64,000 nucleotides of DNA from assembly GCA_944350015.1 (NCBI GenBank), contig CALVNW010000001.1, forward strand, positions 36,761-100,760. Direction: 5' to 3'. Positions within the stretch are counted from its first letter, which is position 1. Every line of letters starts with the position of its first letter. The notes below the pieces were generated by a model, which was given only the letters and a program-made list of their open reading frames with translations, searched no databases and was not told the DNA's origin. Positions 45,587 through 55,833 of this stretch are shown here, in pieces. This stretch comes from an uncultured Clostridia bacterium. Its GTDB lineage: Bacteria > Bacillota > Clostridia > Christensenellales > UBA1242. Position numbers and translations under genes: made by a program.

Positions 45587-45621
45587 AGGGTATCCAAAAT
45601 AAATTTTGGATACCCTATTTT
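45582..45621. repeat. 40-bp perfect palindrome overlapping the -10 box
   Basis: aaaatagggtatccaaaat (45582-45600), aa, then attttggataccctatttt (45603-45621). The arms are 19-bp perfect inverted repeats. Confidence 0.9.
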
Positions 45622-45637
45622 TGTAAAGGAGGTATTT

Positions 45638-46153
45638 ATGAAAAGTTTAAAGTTTAAATTGTTTTCTAGCCTATCAATGTTTGTGATAGCACTATCAATG
45701 CTTATAATCGGTGTATGGGCAGTTGGCGAGACGCAGACGATTACGATGAACGGTAGTGTCAACTTTGAGATTGCAGATAAAAGCCTATATGTTCAAGATG
45801 TGCGTATGCAAGAGGATAACAACTCCGTGCCATACAGCCTAAAAGACCAAGGCAGGTTTATGCCAGGTTTTATCAACGGCAATTTTGATATGGATTTAGG
45901 TGATTTTACAAATAGTTACGGCTCTTTCGCATTGTATTTTGACATAATCAATACAATGGATGAAACAACAAGTGAAACGTTTGCCTACACCGTGGACCAG
46001 CCAACGGCGCCAAGCGGAACAACCGTCGATGTGTCCATTTTAGGAACAGACGGCGCAATCTTAGAGCAAATACCACAAGGCACAGTTAAGCCATCAGAGA
46101 TTTCCGATAGCACTCTCGTTACTGCAACAGTCACTATTATTAAAAAAAGATAG
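45638..46153 (+). CDS. Secreted beta-rich protein (171 aa) with a possible TasA/camelysin-like signal region
   Basis: SD aaaggagg. The signal/anchor is FSSLSMFVIALSMLIIGVWAVGETQTITMNGSVNFEI, which resembles SipW-type signal peptides (..GTWA.F..). The resemblance is weak. Confidence 0.65.
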   Translation: MKSLKFKLFSSLSMFVIALSMLIIGVWAVGETQTITMNGSVNFEIADKSLYVQDVRMQEDNNSVPYSLKDQGRFMPGFINGNFDMDLGDFTNSYGSFALYFDIINTMDETTSETFAYTVDQPTAPSGTTVDVSILGTDGAILEQIPQGTVKPSEISDSTLVTATVTIIKKR

Positions 46154-46239
46154 GCTTTATATGGTTATGGCAAAGTCTATTTTTTTGTTGTAATATTTTT
46201 GTCTATTTGAGAGAAAATATCTTAGGGAAATTGTATTTT

Positions 46240-46602
46240 ATGCCAGACAGTAAAGAAAAGTTAGTTTTAAAATATCTTTGCAAGGTATGTTCGGGAAAGA
46301 AAACCTACCTTATTTCTCCGCACGACATAGCAAAAGCGACTTGTGGTAAAATGGTGCTGTCTGTCAATGAAATAGACGAGATTATGACAAGCCTGTCACT
46401 ACAAAATTATATTGACTTTGTAGTTTCAGACAGTAAAAATGGCTATTTTTATTGTGTAAAATTAAAGAAAAAGGGACAGACATATTTGGCAGATGCAAAA
46501 CGTCAAAAAAAGGCTATGTTAATGCTGGTACTTCGAAGTATTTTCTTAGCTACAGTCAGCTTTGTATTTGGTCTTATTTTAAAGGCAATTTTTAAAAGCT
46601 AA
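46240..46602 (+). CDS. Membrane-tethered winged-helix-like protein, paralog B (120 aa)
   Basis: See paralog A. The C-terminal TM helix is MLMLVLRSIFLATVSFVFGLILKAIF. Start uncertain (ATG 46240 or TTG 46207). Confidence 0.6.
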   Translation: MPDSKEKLVLKYLCKVCSGKKTYLISPHDIAKATCGKMVLSVNEIDEIMTSLSLQNYIDFVVSDSKNGYFYCVKLKKKGQTYLADAKRQKKAMLMLVLRSIFLATVSFVFGLILKAIFKS

Positions 46603-46930
46603 GTTAAAAATCAATATTTTAAAATCAAATTAATTATTTGTTTAATTAATAAATAAAAAATAATATAAAAATTAGAAAAAATAGCTTCAATAATTAAACT
46701 ATTTTTTGCATTTAATTTTAAATAAATTATTATTTATTTTATTTAATTTTTAAATAAATTTTTAATTTTCATATTTTATTTTTAAATAAATCAACGGGAA
46801 TTAAATTTTTATTTTAAAATGATTTAAATATGTTGAATTTATTTAAAATATATTCAAATCAAAAATATATCATTAAAACATTTTTAATTTAGTTGTTTTT
46901 TGATATATAATTGTAAAGAAGGATGGTTCT

Positions 46931-48901
46931 ATGGAATTTAAGTTAGAGTCAAAATATAGCCCAGCAGGCGACCAGCCACAAGCAATTGATAAACTTGTGG
47001 AGGGTTTTCAAGATGGTTTAAAGGAACAGGTGCTTTTAGGTGTTACTGGCAGTGGCAAAACTTTTACTATGGCAAACCTTATACAAAAGATGAAAAAGCC
47101 TACACTTGTTATTGCGCACAACAAGACGCTTGCGGCACAGCTATGCAATGAGTTTAGAGAGTTTTTCCCGCACAACCGTGTTGAGTATTTTGTATCATAC
47201 TATGATTATTATCAGCCTGAAGCCTATATTGTTTCAACTGACACCTATATTGAAAAGGATATGTCCATAAATGACGAGATTGACAAGCTTCGCTCCTCTG
47301 CAACCTCGTCCATACTCGAGCGAGACGATGTAATCATAGTTGCATCGGTATCTTGCATCTATGGCTTAGGCAATCCAAACGAGTACTACAATCTTCATAT
47401 GACGCTACGGGAAGGCGACCTTGTCGACAGAGACGAAGTAATTTCGCTATTGATAGATATTCAGTATACGCGTAGTGACATTGATTTTAAACGTTCGACC
47501 TTTAGAGTCAAGGGTGACACTCTTGATATTTTCCCGTCCAGCCAATCAGAACTTGCAATTAAGATTAGATTTTTTGGTGATGAGATTGAAAAGATATATG
47601 ATTTTGAGCCAGTTTCAGGCAATCTTATAAACGAGCTTAAGCAGGTTTCAATTTACCCAGCAACGCATTATGCTGTTGGTCATAGCAGAATGGAGCAGGC
47701 GCTTGAACAGATTGAGAGAGATAGAGAGCTTGCAGTTGAAAATTTTACAAAGCAGGGCAAACTTATAGAGGCTGAAAGGATAGGTCAGCGCGTTTCGTAT
47801 GACATTGAAATGATGCGAGAGGTTGGCTATTGCAGTGGCATAGAAAATTATTCACGCTATTTTGATGGTAGGGCACCAGGCGAGCCACCATATACTCTTA
47901 TAGATTATTTTCCAAAAGACTTTTTAACTATCATTGATGAAAGTCATATGACCTTGCCACAGATTAGAGCAATGTACAATGGTGACAAGGCAAGGAAACA
48001 GTCGCTTGTAGAATACGGGTTTCGCCTTGAAGCGGCAAAAGACAATAGACCACTTACCTTCAACGAGTTTGAAAGTAAGATTGGGCAGGTGATGTATGTG
48101 TCGGCAACACCAGCGCAGTATGAGCTTTCGCGTGCAGGACAGGTTGTTGAACAGGTGATAAGGCCGACTGGTCTGCTTGACCCGCTTATTGAGGTTAAGC
48201 CAATTAAAAATCAGATTGAAGATTTGATGCTTGAGATAAAAAAGGTGATTTCACACAATGCAAGAGTGCTTGTAACCACTCTTACCAAAAAGATGGCAGA
48301 GAGCTTGACAAGTTTCTTGCAAGAGCACAACTTCAAAACCAAATATATGCACTCAGAGATTGACACGATGGAGCGTGTTGAGATAGTAAATGGCTTGCGT
48401 TCAGGCGAGTTTGATGTGCTTGTTGGAATAAACCTTTTAAGAGAGGGGCTTGATATGCCAGAGGTCGAGCTTGTTGCAATACTCGACGCTGACAAAGAGG
48501 GCTTTTTGCGTAGCGAGGGGGCTTTGATACAGACAATAGGCAGGGCGGCACGAAATGCAAATGGGCGAGTTGTGATGTATGCGGACACTATGACCGACTC
48601 AATGAAGAGAGCTATAGAGACTACAAACAAGCGTAGAGCTCTTCAAGAAAAATTTAATAAAGAGCATAATATAACGCCAAAAACTATTATAAAAGAGATT
48701 AAAAACACGCTAGAGATATCTAAGAAGGTTAGCGACGGCAAACTCAAGAAAGAGGAGATACCTGCTGAAATCGAGAAGTTGACGGCTATGATGAAGGTCG
48801 CCTCTGGTGCACTTGACTTTGAAAGGGCGATAGAGCTACGAAACCAAATACAAAAGCTCCGCAAACAGCTTGATAGTTTTAATAAGAAAAAAGGAAATTA
48901 A
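46931..48901 (+). CDS. uvrB: Excinuclease ABC subunit B
   Basis: 656 aa. It has Walker [11 protein letters not shown], helicase motifs ([12 protein letters not shown]) and the C-terminal UVR domain (AEIEKL...[15 protein letters not shown]). Confidence 0.95.
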   Translation: MEFKLESKYSPAGDQPQAIDKLVEGFQDGLKEQVLLGVTGSGKTFTMANLIQKMKKPTLVIAHNKTLAAQLCNEFREFFPHNRVEYFVSYYDYYQPEAYIVSTDTYIEKDMSINDEIDKLRSSATSSILERDDVIIVASVSCIYGLGNPNEYYNLHMTLREGDLVDRDEVISLLIDIQYTRSDIDFKRSTFRVKGDTLDIFPSSQSELAIKIRFFGDEIEKIYDFEPVSGNLINELKQVSIYPATHYAVGHSRMEQALEQIERDRELAVENFTKQGKLIEAERIGQRVSYDIEMMREVGYCSGIENYSRYFDGRAPGEPPYTLIDYFPKDFLTIIDESHMTLPQIRAMYNGDKARKQSLVEYGFRLEAAKDNRPLTFNEFESKIGQVMYVSATPAQYELSRAGQVVEQVIRPTGLLDPLIEVKPIKNQIEDLMLEIKKVISHNARVLVTTLTKKMAESLTSFLQEHNFKTKYMHSEIDTMERVEIVNGLRSGEFDVLVGINLLREGLDMPEVELVAILDADKEGFLRSEGALIQTIGRAARNANGRVVMYADTMTDSMKRAIETTNKRRALQEKFNKEHNITPKTIIKEIKNTLEISKKVSDGKLKKEEIPAEIEKLTAMMKVASGALDFERAIELRNQIQKLRKQLDSFNKKKGN

Positions 48902-48939
48902 AAAAAATTACGATAATTTTATTAAAAAACTTAAATTTT

Positions 48940-48980
48940 GTAGCATATTTTCATTTAAAATGATGATATGCTACTTTTTA
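48940..48980 (+). terminator. Terminator after uvrB
   Basis: Stem gtagcatat / atatgctac (48940-48948 / 48966-48974) followed by ttttta. Confidence 0.6.
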
Positions 48981-49047
48981 TGCAGATTATAACTAACTTA
49001 TTTATAAGCTAGGCGTTTAAAATGTGCTTGTAAAATATTAATTTCTA

Positions 49048-49076
49048 TTGTTAGTTTAACTTAAAAGTGGTATAAT
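49048..49076 (+). promoter_or_regulatory. uvrA promoter placed for a leaderless transcript
   Basis: TTGTTA (49048-49053), a 17-nt spacer, then TGgTATAAT (49068-49076). Only 6 nt (aaccat) separate the -10 from ATG 49083, and there is no SD. Confidence 0.55.
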
Positions 49077-49082
49077 AACCAT

Positions 49083-51917
49083 ATGAAAGATACGATTATT
49101 ATAAAAGGTGCGAGAGAAAATAACTTAAAGGATATCTCACTTGAAATTCCAAAAAATAAATTGATTGTTTTTACAGGTGTCAGTGGGTCGGGCAAGTCCA
49201 GCCTTGCTTTTGGCACCATTTTTGCCGAGGGACAGAGGCGCTATATTGAGAGTTTGTCGTCATATGCTCGTCAATTTTTAGGACAAGCACAGAAGCCAGA
49301 CGTAGAGTCTATAGAAGGCTTGAGTCCCGCAATTTCAATAGACCAAAAGACAACAAACCACAATCCGCGTTCTACTGTTGGTACAGTGACAGAAATCTAT
49401 GATTATCTTAGATTACTTTTTGCACGTGTTGGAGTGCCTTATTGCCCACATTGTAAAAAGCCGATTTCTCAGCAGACTGTTGACCAGATTGTAGATGCAG
49501 TGCTAGGGTACAAACCAGGTAGCAAACTCACCATACTTGCACCAATTGTACGAGGTCAAAAGGGAAGTTTTGCAAAACAATTTGAAAGTTTGAAAAAATC
49601 GGGCTATACTCGTGTTCAGGTCGATGGAAGTATATATTTGCTTGATGAGGAGATAACCCTTGATAAAAACATCAAGCACAACATTCGCGTGGTAGTAGAC
49701 AGACTTGTGCTAAAGGATGGCATAAACTCCAGATTGACAGACAGCATAGAAACGGCAGTCAAACTCGCAGAGGGGCTTGTAATAGTTGAAACCGATGACG
49801 GCGAGCAACTTTTCAGCACAAATTATTCTTGCCCATACTGCGGATGGACACTTGAGGAAATCACGCCAAGACTATTTTCTTTTAATGCGCCATATGGTGC
49901 TTGTCCAACTTGCTCAGGACTTGGTGTTTACTCTGACGTGTCAGAGGATATTATACTAAAAGACGGGCATCTTTCTGTCAATCAAGGTGCATTTAATGCG
50001 ACTGGCTGGCGAATGGATAGCGGTGGTTTAGCCGAAAGATATATTAGAGCGCTAGCTAAAAAATATGATATAGACCTTGATTGTCCAGTTGAAAAATTGC
50101 CTCGTAAACATATAGAATTATTACTATATGGCAATGATGGCGAAAAACTAGATTTATACGAAAATGAGTCAAGGAATAAGACTTTTGAGCATTTTAATGG
50201 CAAAAAGGCATTGGCATTTGAGGGTATAATCAATAATTTAAAGAGGCGACTTGCAGAAAGTAAGAGCGACTTTGTAAGGTTTGAGATAGGCAAATTTGTA
50301 AGAGAAATAACCTGTCCTACTTGTAAGGGCAAAAGACTTAATGAAAGTGCATTGTCGGTTAAAATAAAGGGCAAAAACATAGCAGAAATATGTGATATGT
50401 CGGTTGGTGAGCTTGTACACTATTTTGATGACTTAAATCTATCAAAAGAAAAAGCCGAGATTGCGAAGAGCATTTTAAAAGAGATAAAGGCAAGGCTAAA
50501 CTTTCTCTCTGACGTAGGACTTGAGTATTTGACGCTGTCCCGTTCTGCCGAGACCTTGTCGGGCGGAGAGGCGCAACGTATTCGCCTTGCAACTCAGATA
50601 GGTAGCGGACTTTCTGGCGTGCTTTACATCCTTGACGAGCCATCAATTGGGCTTCATCAACGCGACAATGATAGGCTCATCGCCACACTTAAAAACTTGC
50701 GTGACCTTGGCAACACCTTGATTGTTGTAGAGCACGATGAAGATACAATCAGGTCTGCCGATTGGATAGTTGACGTTGGACCTTATGCTGGCGTGCACGG
50801 CGGAGAGATTGTTGGTAACGGAAAATATGAAGATATAATAAAATCTCCAAATTCGGTTACAGCAAGGTTTTTAACAGGACAAGAAAAGATTGAAGTGCCT
50901 CTATCACGCCGAGTGCCAAGCAATTTTCTTAAGGTCAGAGGTGCTAAAGAGAACAACTTAAAGAGTTTGAATGTTGATATACCACTTGGTGTATTCACTT
51001 GTATCACGGGTGTGTCGGGTAGCGGTAAATCTTCACTACTAAATGAGGTGGTCTATCCATATCTGTCTAACACCCTCAATAATAGCAGACTTGAGCTTGG
51101 TAAATTTGATAAGATTGAAAATGTCGAGCTTCTTGATAAGGTTATAGATATTGACCAGTCGCCTATTGGCAGAACTCCGCGTTCAAACCCTGCAACTTAT
51201 GTTGGAATGTTCTCGTATATTAGAGATTTATTTGCAAGCACTCCGGACGCCAAGGCGAAGGGCTATGGACCGGGAAGATTTTCCTTCAATGTTAAAGGCG
51301 GACGATGTGATGCCTGCGAAGGTGCTGGCGTGAAAGAGATTGAAATGTATTTCTTGCCAGATATCATAGTGCCTTGCGAAGTATGTAAAGGGCATAGATA
51401 CAATAGAGAAACGCTAGAAGTGAGATATAAAGGTAAAAGCATCTCAGATGTACTTGATATGACGGTTGAAGAGGCACTAAAATTTTTCGAGAATATCCCT
51501 TCAATAAAGAATAAGGTGCAGGCGCTTCACGATGTTGGACTTGACTATATTAAACTTGGTCAGCCTGCCACAACGCTGTCAGGCGGTGAAGCGCAACGTG
51601 TCAAACTTGCAGCTGAGCTTTCTAAAAAATCTACAGGTAAAACAATATACCTTTTAGACGAACCGACAACAGGGCTTCATATGTATGATATCAAAAAGCT
51701 CATCGCAATTCTTAATAGACTGGTAGAGGCTGGCAACACGGTTGTAGTCATAGAGCATAATCTTGACGTTATTAAGTCGGCAGACTATATAATAGATTTA
51801 GGTCCAGAAGGTGGCTCGGGTGGCGGTAAAATTGTCGCTCAAGGCACACCAGAAGAGGTTGCTAAAGTAGAAAAATCATATACTGGCAAATACCTCAAAA
51901 AGATGTTGAATAATTAA
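49083..51917 (+). CDS. uvrA: Excinuclease ABC subunit A
   Basis: 944 aa. The N-terminus is [37 protein letters not shown]. There are two ABC modules ([24 protein letters not shown]) and zinc-finger cysteines ([19 protein letters not shown]). Confidence 0.96.
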   Translation: MKDTIIIKGARENNLKDISLEIPKNKLIVFTGVSGSGKSSLAFGTIFAEGQRRYIESLSSYARQFLGQAQKPDVESIEGLSPAISIDQKTTNHNPRSTVGTVTEIYDYLRLLFARVGVPYCPHCKKPISQQTVDQIVDAVLGYKPGSKLTILAPIVRGQKGSFAKQFESLKKSGYTRVQVDGSIYLLDEEITLDKNIKHNIRVVVDRLVLKDGINSRLTDSIETAVKLAEGLVIVETDDGEQLFSTNYSCPYCGWTLEEITPRLFSFNAPYGACPTCSGLGVYSDVSEDIILKDGHLSVNQGAFNATGWRMDSGGLAERYIRALAKKYDIDLDCPVEKLPRKHIELLLYGNDGEKLDLYENESRNKTFEHFNGKKALAFEGIINNLKRRLAESKSDFVRFEIGKFVREITCPTCKGKRLNESALSVKIKGKNIAEICDMSVGELVHYFDDLNLSKEKAEIAKSILKEIKARLNFLSDVGLEYLTLSRSAETLSGGEAQRIRLATQIGSGLSGVLYILDEPSIGLHQRDNDRLIATLKNLRDLGNTLIVVEHDEDTIRSADWIVDVGPYAGVHGGEIVGNGKYEDIIKSPNSVTARFLTGQEKIEVPLSRRVPSNFLKVRGAKENNLKSLNVDIPLGVFTCITGVSGSGKSSLLNEVVYPYLSNTLNNSRLELGKFDKIENVELLDKVIDIDQSPIGRTPRSNPATYVGMFSYIRDLFASTPDAKAKGYGPGRFSFNVKGGRCDACEGAGVKEIEMYFLPDIIVPCEVCKGHRYNRETLEVRYKGKSISDVLDMTVEEALKFFENIPSIKNKVQALHDVGLDYIKLGQPATTLSGGEAQRVKLAAELSKKSTGKTIYLLDEPTTGLHMYDIKKLIAILNRLVEAGNTVVVIEHNLDVIKSADYIIDLGPEGGSGGGKIVAQGTPEEVAKVEKSYTGKYLKKMLNN

Positions 51918-52072
51918 AATTACCTGTAAATTTACGAAAAATATGACTTTTTTATGAAAAAATATCAAATTAATTGATTATTTTGATTAATTTGATTGTG
52001 AAAAGTAATATTGTTATATTTTATTAAACTTTTTCTTTACACCACCATAAATATCATAAAACCTATTTTAAC

Positions 52073-52109
52073 AAAAAAGATTGCCTTAAAAATAAAGCAA
52101 TCTTTTTTG
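52073..52109. terminator. Bidirectional terminator between uvrA and the convergent 635-aa gene
   Basis: Stem aagattgc / gcaatctt with an A-run on the left and T6 on the right. Confidence 0.65.
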
Positions 52110-52119
52110 TTTGAATATA

Positions 52120-54027
52120 TTAACTATTTTCTATTTCAACATCTGTAGTCTGCTCAGTGGTTTGTTGGTTTTGTTCAGAAACAGGAAGATATTCAAGTAT
52201 TTTCATTTTATTAAGAGGACTATCTGGGTCATTTTTAAATCGGTCAATATCTACCATAGTCAAACGTCTAGAATTATCGAAGCCCTTTACAAATTGAAAG
52301 TAAGCGTTATATTGCTCAAGCCTTTCAGCATTCTTTGCGTCTTGTTCTTCTGACAAAAATATATCACTTCTATCATTGTCATTGAGTTCCAACTCTTGAC
52401 CTTTTTTGATGGCGGTTACCATCTTGCTTGATAAAAATTCCATATCTGAGTGCATAACTTTAACGTCGTCAATCATCTCTCTAATATGAGAAGGTGAGGT
52501 GTAAACTTCGCAAAGCCTATCGTATTCTTCTCGCTGTTTCTTTGTAAGTTTGCTCGTTGCGGTTATCTTTTCGCTTAAAGCAATCATCTTATTCAAATCT
52601 TTAATAAGAGCTTTTATAAGTGCCTTTGTAATATTTTGATAGAACCCTATATTCCTTTGAGTATTGTCAGGTGTGGATGGCGTAGTGAGAATAGGTGGTT
52701 TTCCAGCTGATTTACCTTTTTTGCTCTTATCTTTGTTTTTATCTTCACTCTTTTTTACTTTCTCTGGCATCACTGGTTGCTCAGTTGTTTGTTGCTCTGG
52801 TTGTTCAGTTGTTTGTTGCTTTGGTTGAGCTTGCTTGCCTTGACTTGTATCGCTGAGTGCTTTTCCACGCTCCTTTCTATAGATATTATTTGCAACATTG
52901 AAAGCATTTTTAACAATCTGTTCAAGGTCAGTGTGATTTTCATTCATAATTTCAATAATGTCACTGACAGGGTTAGCAAGACTTACACCGATGAAATCAT
53001 ATGGGTCTTGAACATTTTCAGCATCAAACAAAAGCATAAATGCGATGGCTGTTTGCAAGAAGTTGTCTTTATCTTGAATTGATTTTTCTGTGCCGTTTAG
53101 CGCGTTTACCTCGTCATTAATTCTCAAAAGTGCTTTTTGAATGTATTTTGAGTTGTGACTTGCACCATTCGCACCATATAAATAACAATTTTTAACAATA
53201 TCTGTTATTTTTGTTTGCTCATTAACGGCTGGCTCATTATCATTGCCGTTAATTAAATATCTTTGAGCGCCGAACGCATCGATAAAGAGGAGAGAATTGT
53301 CGCTATCAACTTCATTTACATTTGTATTGAAATAAACTTCATTAGCAAGCTTTGTTTTGATGATGTTTGCAATACTTAACAATCTGAAGTAGTCAAGAGC
53401 CTTAAGATTTCTCTTGCCAAAATAGCCTAGCACCCTATCTTGCAATTCTTGCTGAGTTTTAAATTCGCTAGTATGTGAAAGGTCAGCATAGACAAAAGGT
53501 TTGCAAGACGCTTCAATGTCAACGAGTTTAAGCATATCATTTTGTGATGTTGCTTCCATTTTGGCTTGAGAAAGCGCACATAAAAGTTGTACGGTGAAAT
53601 TTTCATTAGGCATCTTAGTTTTAACATCATTTAGCGCTTTAATAAAAAGTTCGTTGCCATACTTTTGTTTGAAATCGCCTTTGTCATCATTTATTGCGTC
53701 GATGAAGCTTTCAATAGTAGTACTCTTTTTGTGAGCCTTTTGAAATTCCTTGTCCCCAAAACCGTCACTTAGCGCCCTTGCATCAGCAAGCATAGCTTTG
53801 CGAGTTTGAGCGTTATCATAGCCCTCTTGTTCATTAAGGTCTTTTAAGAAAGCTAGTTTTGGACTTCTTTTTACGTTAAGCATAAAAAGAGAGGTAAGGC
53901 AATTAGGTTGAACAAGTCTTGGATTAAATCTATAAGATGTTTCAATATTGCTCATAATCGTTCTGTCAATTTCTTTGCCTTTATTTGACAATAACTCTTT
54001 AATCATAGCTTTAATTAATTTAGACAT
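52120..54027 (-). CDS. Hypothetical cytoplasmic protein (635 aa) with QQTTEQP repeats
   Basis: SD ggagggatatt. No signal peptide or TM helix. A central low-complexity linker (KQQTTEQPEQQTTEQP..KKSEDKNKDKSKKGKS) is encoded by a 2 x 24-nt tandem repeat near 52785-52832. No family recognised. Confidence 0.7.
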   Translation of the reverse strand: MSKLIKAMIKELLSNKGKEIDRTIMSNIETSYRFNPRLVQPNCLTSLFMLNVKRSPKLAFLKDLNEQEGYDNAQTRKAMLADARALSDGFGDKEFQKAHKKSTTIESFIDAINDDKGDFKQKYGNELFIKALNDVKTKMPNENFTVQLLCALSQAKMEATSQNDMLKLVDIEASCKPFVYADLSHTSEFKTQQELQDRVLGYFGKRNLKALDYFRLLSIANIIKTKLANEVYFNTNVNEVDSDNSLLFIDAFGAQRYLINGNDNEPAVNEQTKITDIVKNCYLYGANGASHNSKYIQKALLRINDEVNALNGTEKSIQDKDNFLQTAIAFMLLFDAENVQDPYDFIGVSLANPVSDIIEIMNENHTDLEQIVKNAFNVANNIYRKERGKALSDTSQGKQAQPKQQTTEQPEQQTTEQPVMPEKVKKSEDKNKDKSKKGKSAGKPPILTTPSTPDNTQRNIGFYQNITKALIKALIKDLNKMIALSEKITATSKLTKKQREEYDRLCEVYTSPSHIREMIDDVKVMHSDMEFLSSKMVTAIKKGQELELNDNDRSDIFLSEEQDAKNAERLEQYNAYFQFVKGFDNSRRLTMVDIDRFKNDPDSPLNKMKILEYLPVSEQNQQTTEQTTDVEIENS

Positions 54028-54356
54028 AATATCCCTCCATACTAAAATCTATCTTAGTTATCTATATTCTATCACAAAAATAAGTGATTTTCAATACCTT
54101 ATTGTAAAAAATATTAAAAATCGCGCACTTTATTATCTATTTTGACGTCTTTTTAGTATGATTATCGTTAATATATACAAAAAAGAGGGGGAGTCCCTCC
54201 GCTATTCAAAGCTATTGCTTTGATGTTAAGCTGATGAAAGTTGTTTGTAACTTGGCAATGTTTGTATATAAATCAAAGTTTATTAAGAGTATTGCTTGTA
54301 CAAGCAATTTTGCTTATAAAGATGATGTTTTTTATGCTTTTAAAGCACCAAAACAG

Positions 54357-55139
54357 CTATTTTAACCTAAAAAATGAGCCGATACTAGTTGTTGCAACGT
54401 CAATTCTGACATCTTCGCCTTCTTTTATACCGTCACGTTCAATCGTTTGTGTTATATAGTTAAAGGCGAGAGCAGGGGTGTTATTTTCTTTACTTAAGTG
54501 AGATAAAACTATCTGTCTTGTGCCACTTGCAACAAGTTTCTCTATAGCCTCGGCGCTATTGCTATTTGAAAGGTGTCCGTTTGGACCATCAATTCTGCGT
54601 TTTAGAGAAAGCGGATATTTTGTCCCTCTAAAGAGCATATCTCTATCGTAGTTTGCCTCTAAATATACAAGCTGGCTTTTTGAGATTGAGTCTATAATCT
54701 TGTCGGTCATATGTCCAAGGTCGGTTACCACACTAATTTTTCTGTCATTTTGGCTAAAACTGAAGCCGTAGCACTTGACATCGTGAGGCACTTCTACTGG
54801 GGTAATCAAAATATCTTTAAAATCAAATCTGCCATCAAATATTTTTCTGCATTTGACTGAAACCCTCTTTAATTTATCGTCAAGCCCGCTCCATACATCT
54901 TGGTGGGCATAAACAGGCACATCAAATTTTGATGAGAATAAATCTATACCTTTTATATGGTCGGAGTGTTCGTGAGATACAATTATACCATCAATCTCGC
55001 TAGGTTTAACGCCTATCACATCAAGCCTTTTAACGGTTTCTTGACACGACAAACCATCGTCTAACAAAAGCTTAACATTGTCAGACTGAATAAAGGTCAA
55101 ATTCCCGTCACTTCCAGAAGATAGATTTATAATTCTCAT
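54357..55139 (-). CDS. MBL-fold metallo-hydrolase, YycJ/WalJ-like
   Basis: MRIINLSSGSDGNLTFIQ...VSHEHSDHIKG...HLSKENN is collinear with Bacillus YycJ (FSVLASGSTGN...THEHSDHIKG...HLS.DNN). ATG at 55139 is chosen over the TTG at 55169, which lies inside the promoter. Confidence 0.8.
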   Translation of the reverse strand: MRIINLSSGSDGNLTFIQSDNVKLLLDDGLSCQETVKRLDVIGVKPSEIDGIIVSHEHSDHIKGIDLFSSKFDVPVYAHQDVWSGLDDKLKRVSVKCRKIFDGRFDFKDILITPVEVPHDVKCYGFSFSQNDRKISVVTDLGHMTDKIIDSISKSQLVYLEANYDRDMLFRGTKYPLSLKRRIDGPNGHLSNSNSAEAIEKLVASGTRQIVLSHLSKENNTPALAFNYITQTIERDGIKEGEDVRIDVATTSIGSFFRLK

Positions 55140-55230
55140 AGCGAAAGTATTATATAACAAATTTCGCAAATTTGCAAGTAATTATAAATTTGTTAGTTTA
55201 GAAAAGACCTCTTTTTGACTTTAACTTAAA

Positions 55231-55833
55231 TTAAATCTCACTTTTAACAAAAAAACTTGCATCGTGGTGACATAGAGGGCAAATAAAATCTTCTGGCAAT
55301 GGGTCGTTTTCGTAGACATATCCGCAAATAGAGCAAATATATACTACTTTCTTATTTGTTATAGTGGTTTTAGGTTTGATGTTTTCTTGATAGTATGAAT
55401 ATGTGATGGAAGGGGTGTCATTTAAAGCAACTTCCACTGTGACATCGGCTAAAAATTCATAATGGGTGCCTAGGTCTCGAACATCAACGACCTCTGCCGA
55501 AAGATATGAGTTCACTCCCTTTGTGATGTATGGCAAGCCGTTCTCGGCAAACTTATAATCTGAAAAGTCTTCAAATTTATCAGTATTTTCTCCGCTTGCA
55601 AAGCCAAATCTCTTAATTAAATCAAAGGTTGTATCTTCATTTAAAATTGAAACGTTAAATTTTTTAGTTTTTAAAATTTGCTTTGCTGTAAAGTTGTTTT
55701 TGTTGACTGCCACCATAATTCTATTTGGAGATGAAGTCACTTGAGATAGAGCATTTATTACGCAACCATTTAATTTATCTGTTTTTGCTGTTAATATGTA
55801 TAAGCCATAAGAAATATTAAACATTACATTCAT
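55231..55833 (-). CDS. Flavin reductase domain fused to C-terminal rubredoxin
   Basis: ATG at 55833 after aaaggagaataaa. The N-terminal flavin-reductase-like fold is ISYGLYILTAKTDKLNGCVINA. The C-terminal rubredoxin has CSICGYVY....CPLCHH. Confidence 0.75.
   Translation of the reverse strand: MNVMFNISYGLYILTAKTDKLNGCVINALSQVTSSPNRIMVAVNKNNFTAKQILKTKKFNVSILNEDTTFDLIKRFGFASGENTDKFEDFSDYKFAENGLPYITKGVNSYLSAEVVDVRDLGTHYEFLADVTVEVALNDTPSITYSYYQENIKPKTTITNKKVVYICSICGYVYENDPLPEDFICPLCHHDASFFVKSEI

Noticed and set aside
46603-46930. A 330-nt almost pure A/T intergenic region with three tttaaataaat copies. I searched it and the uvrA upstream region for SOS (LexA/Cheo) boxes and CRISPR-like repeats.
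   Set aside because: No GAAC-N4-GTTC-type box is present upstream of uvrB or uvrA. The short repeats are low-complexity A/T motifs expected by chance in such sequence, and there is no spacer-repeat periodicity.
52111-53630. Plus- and minus-strand ORFs (52111..52353, 52777..53082, 53427..53630) overlapping the 635-aa gene.
   Set aside because: They are nested in or antisense to a long ORF that has an SD and terminator, and they have low-complexity translations. They are chance ORFs.
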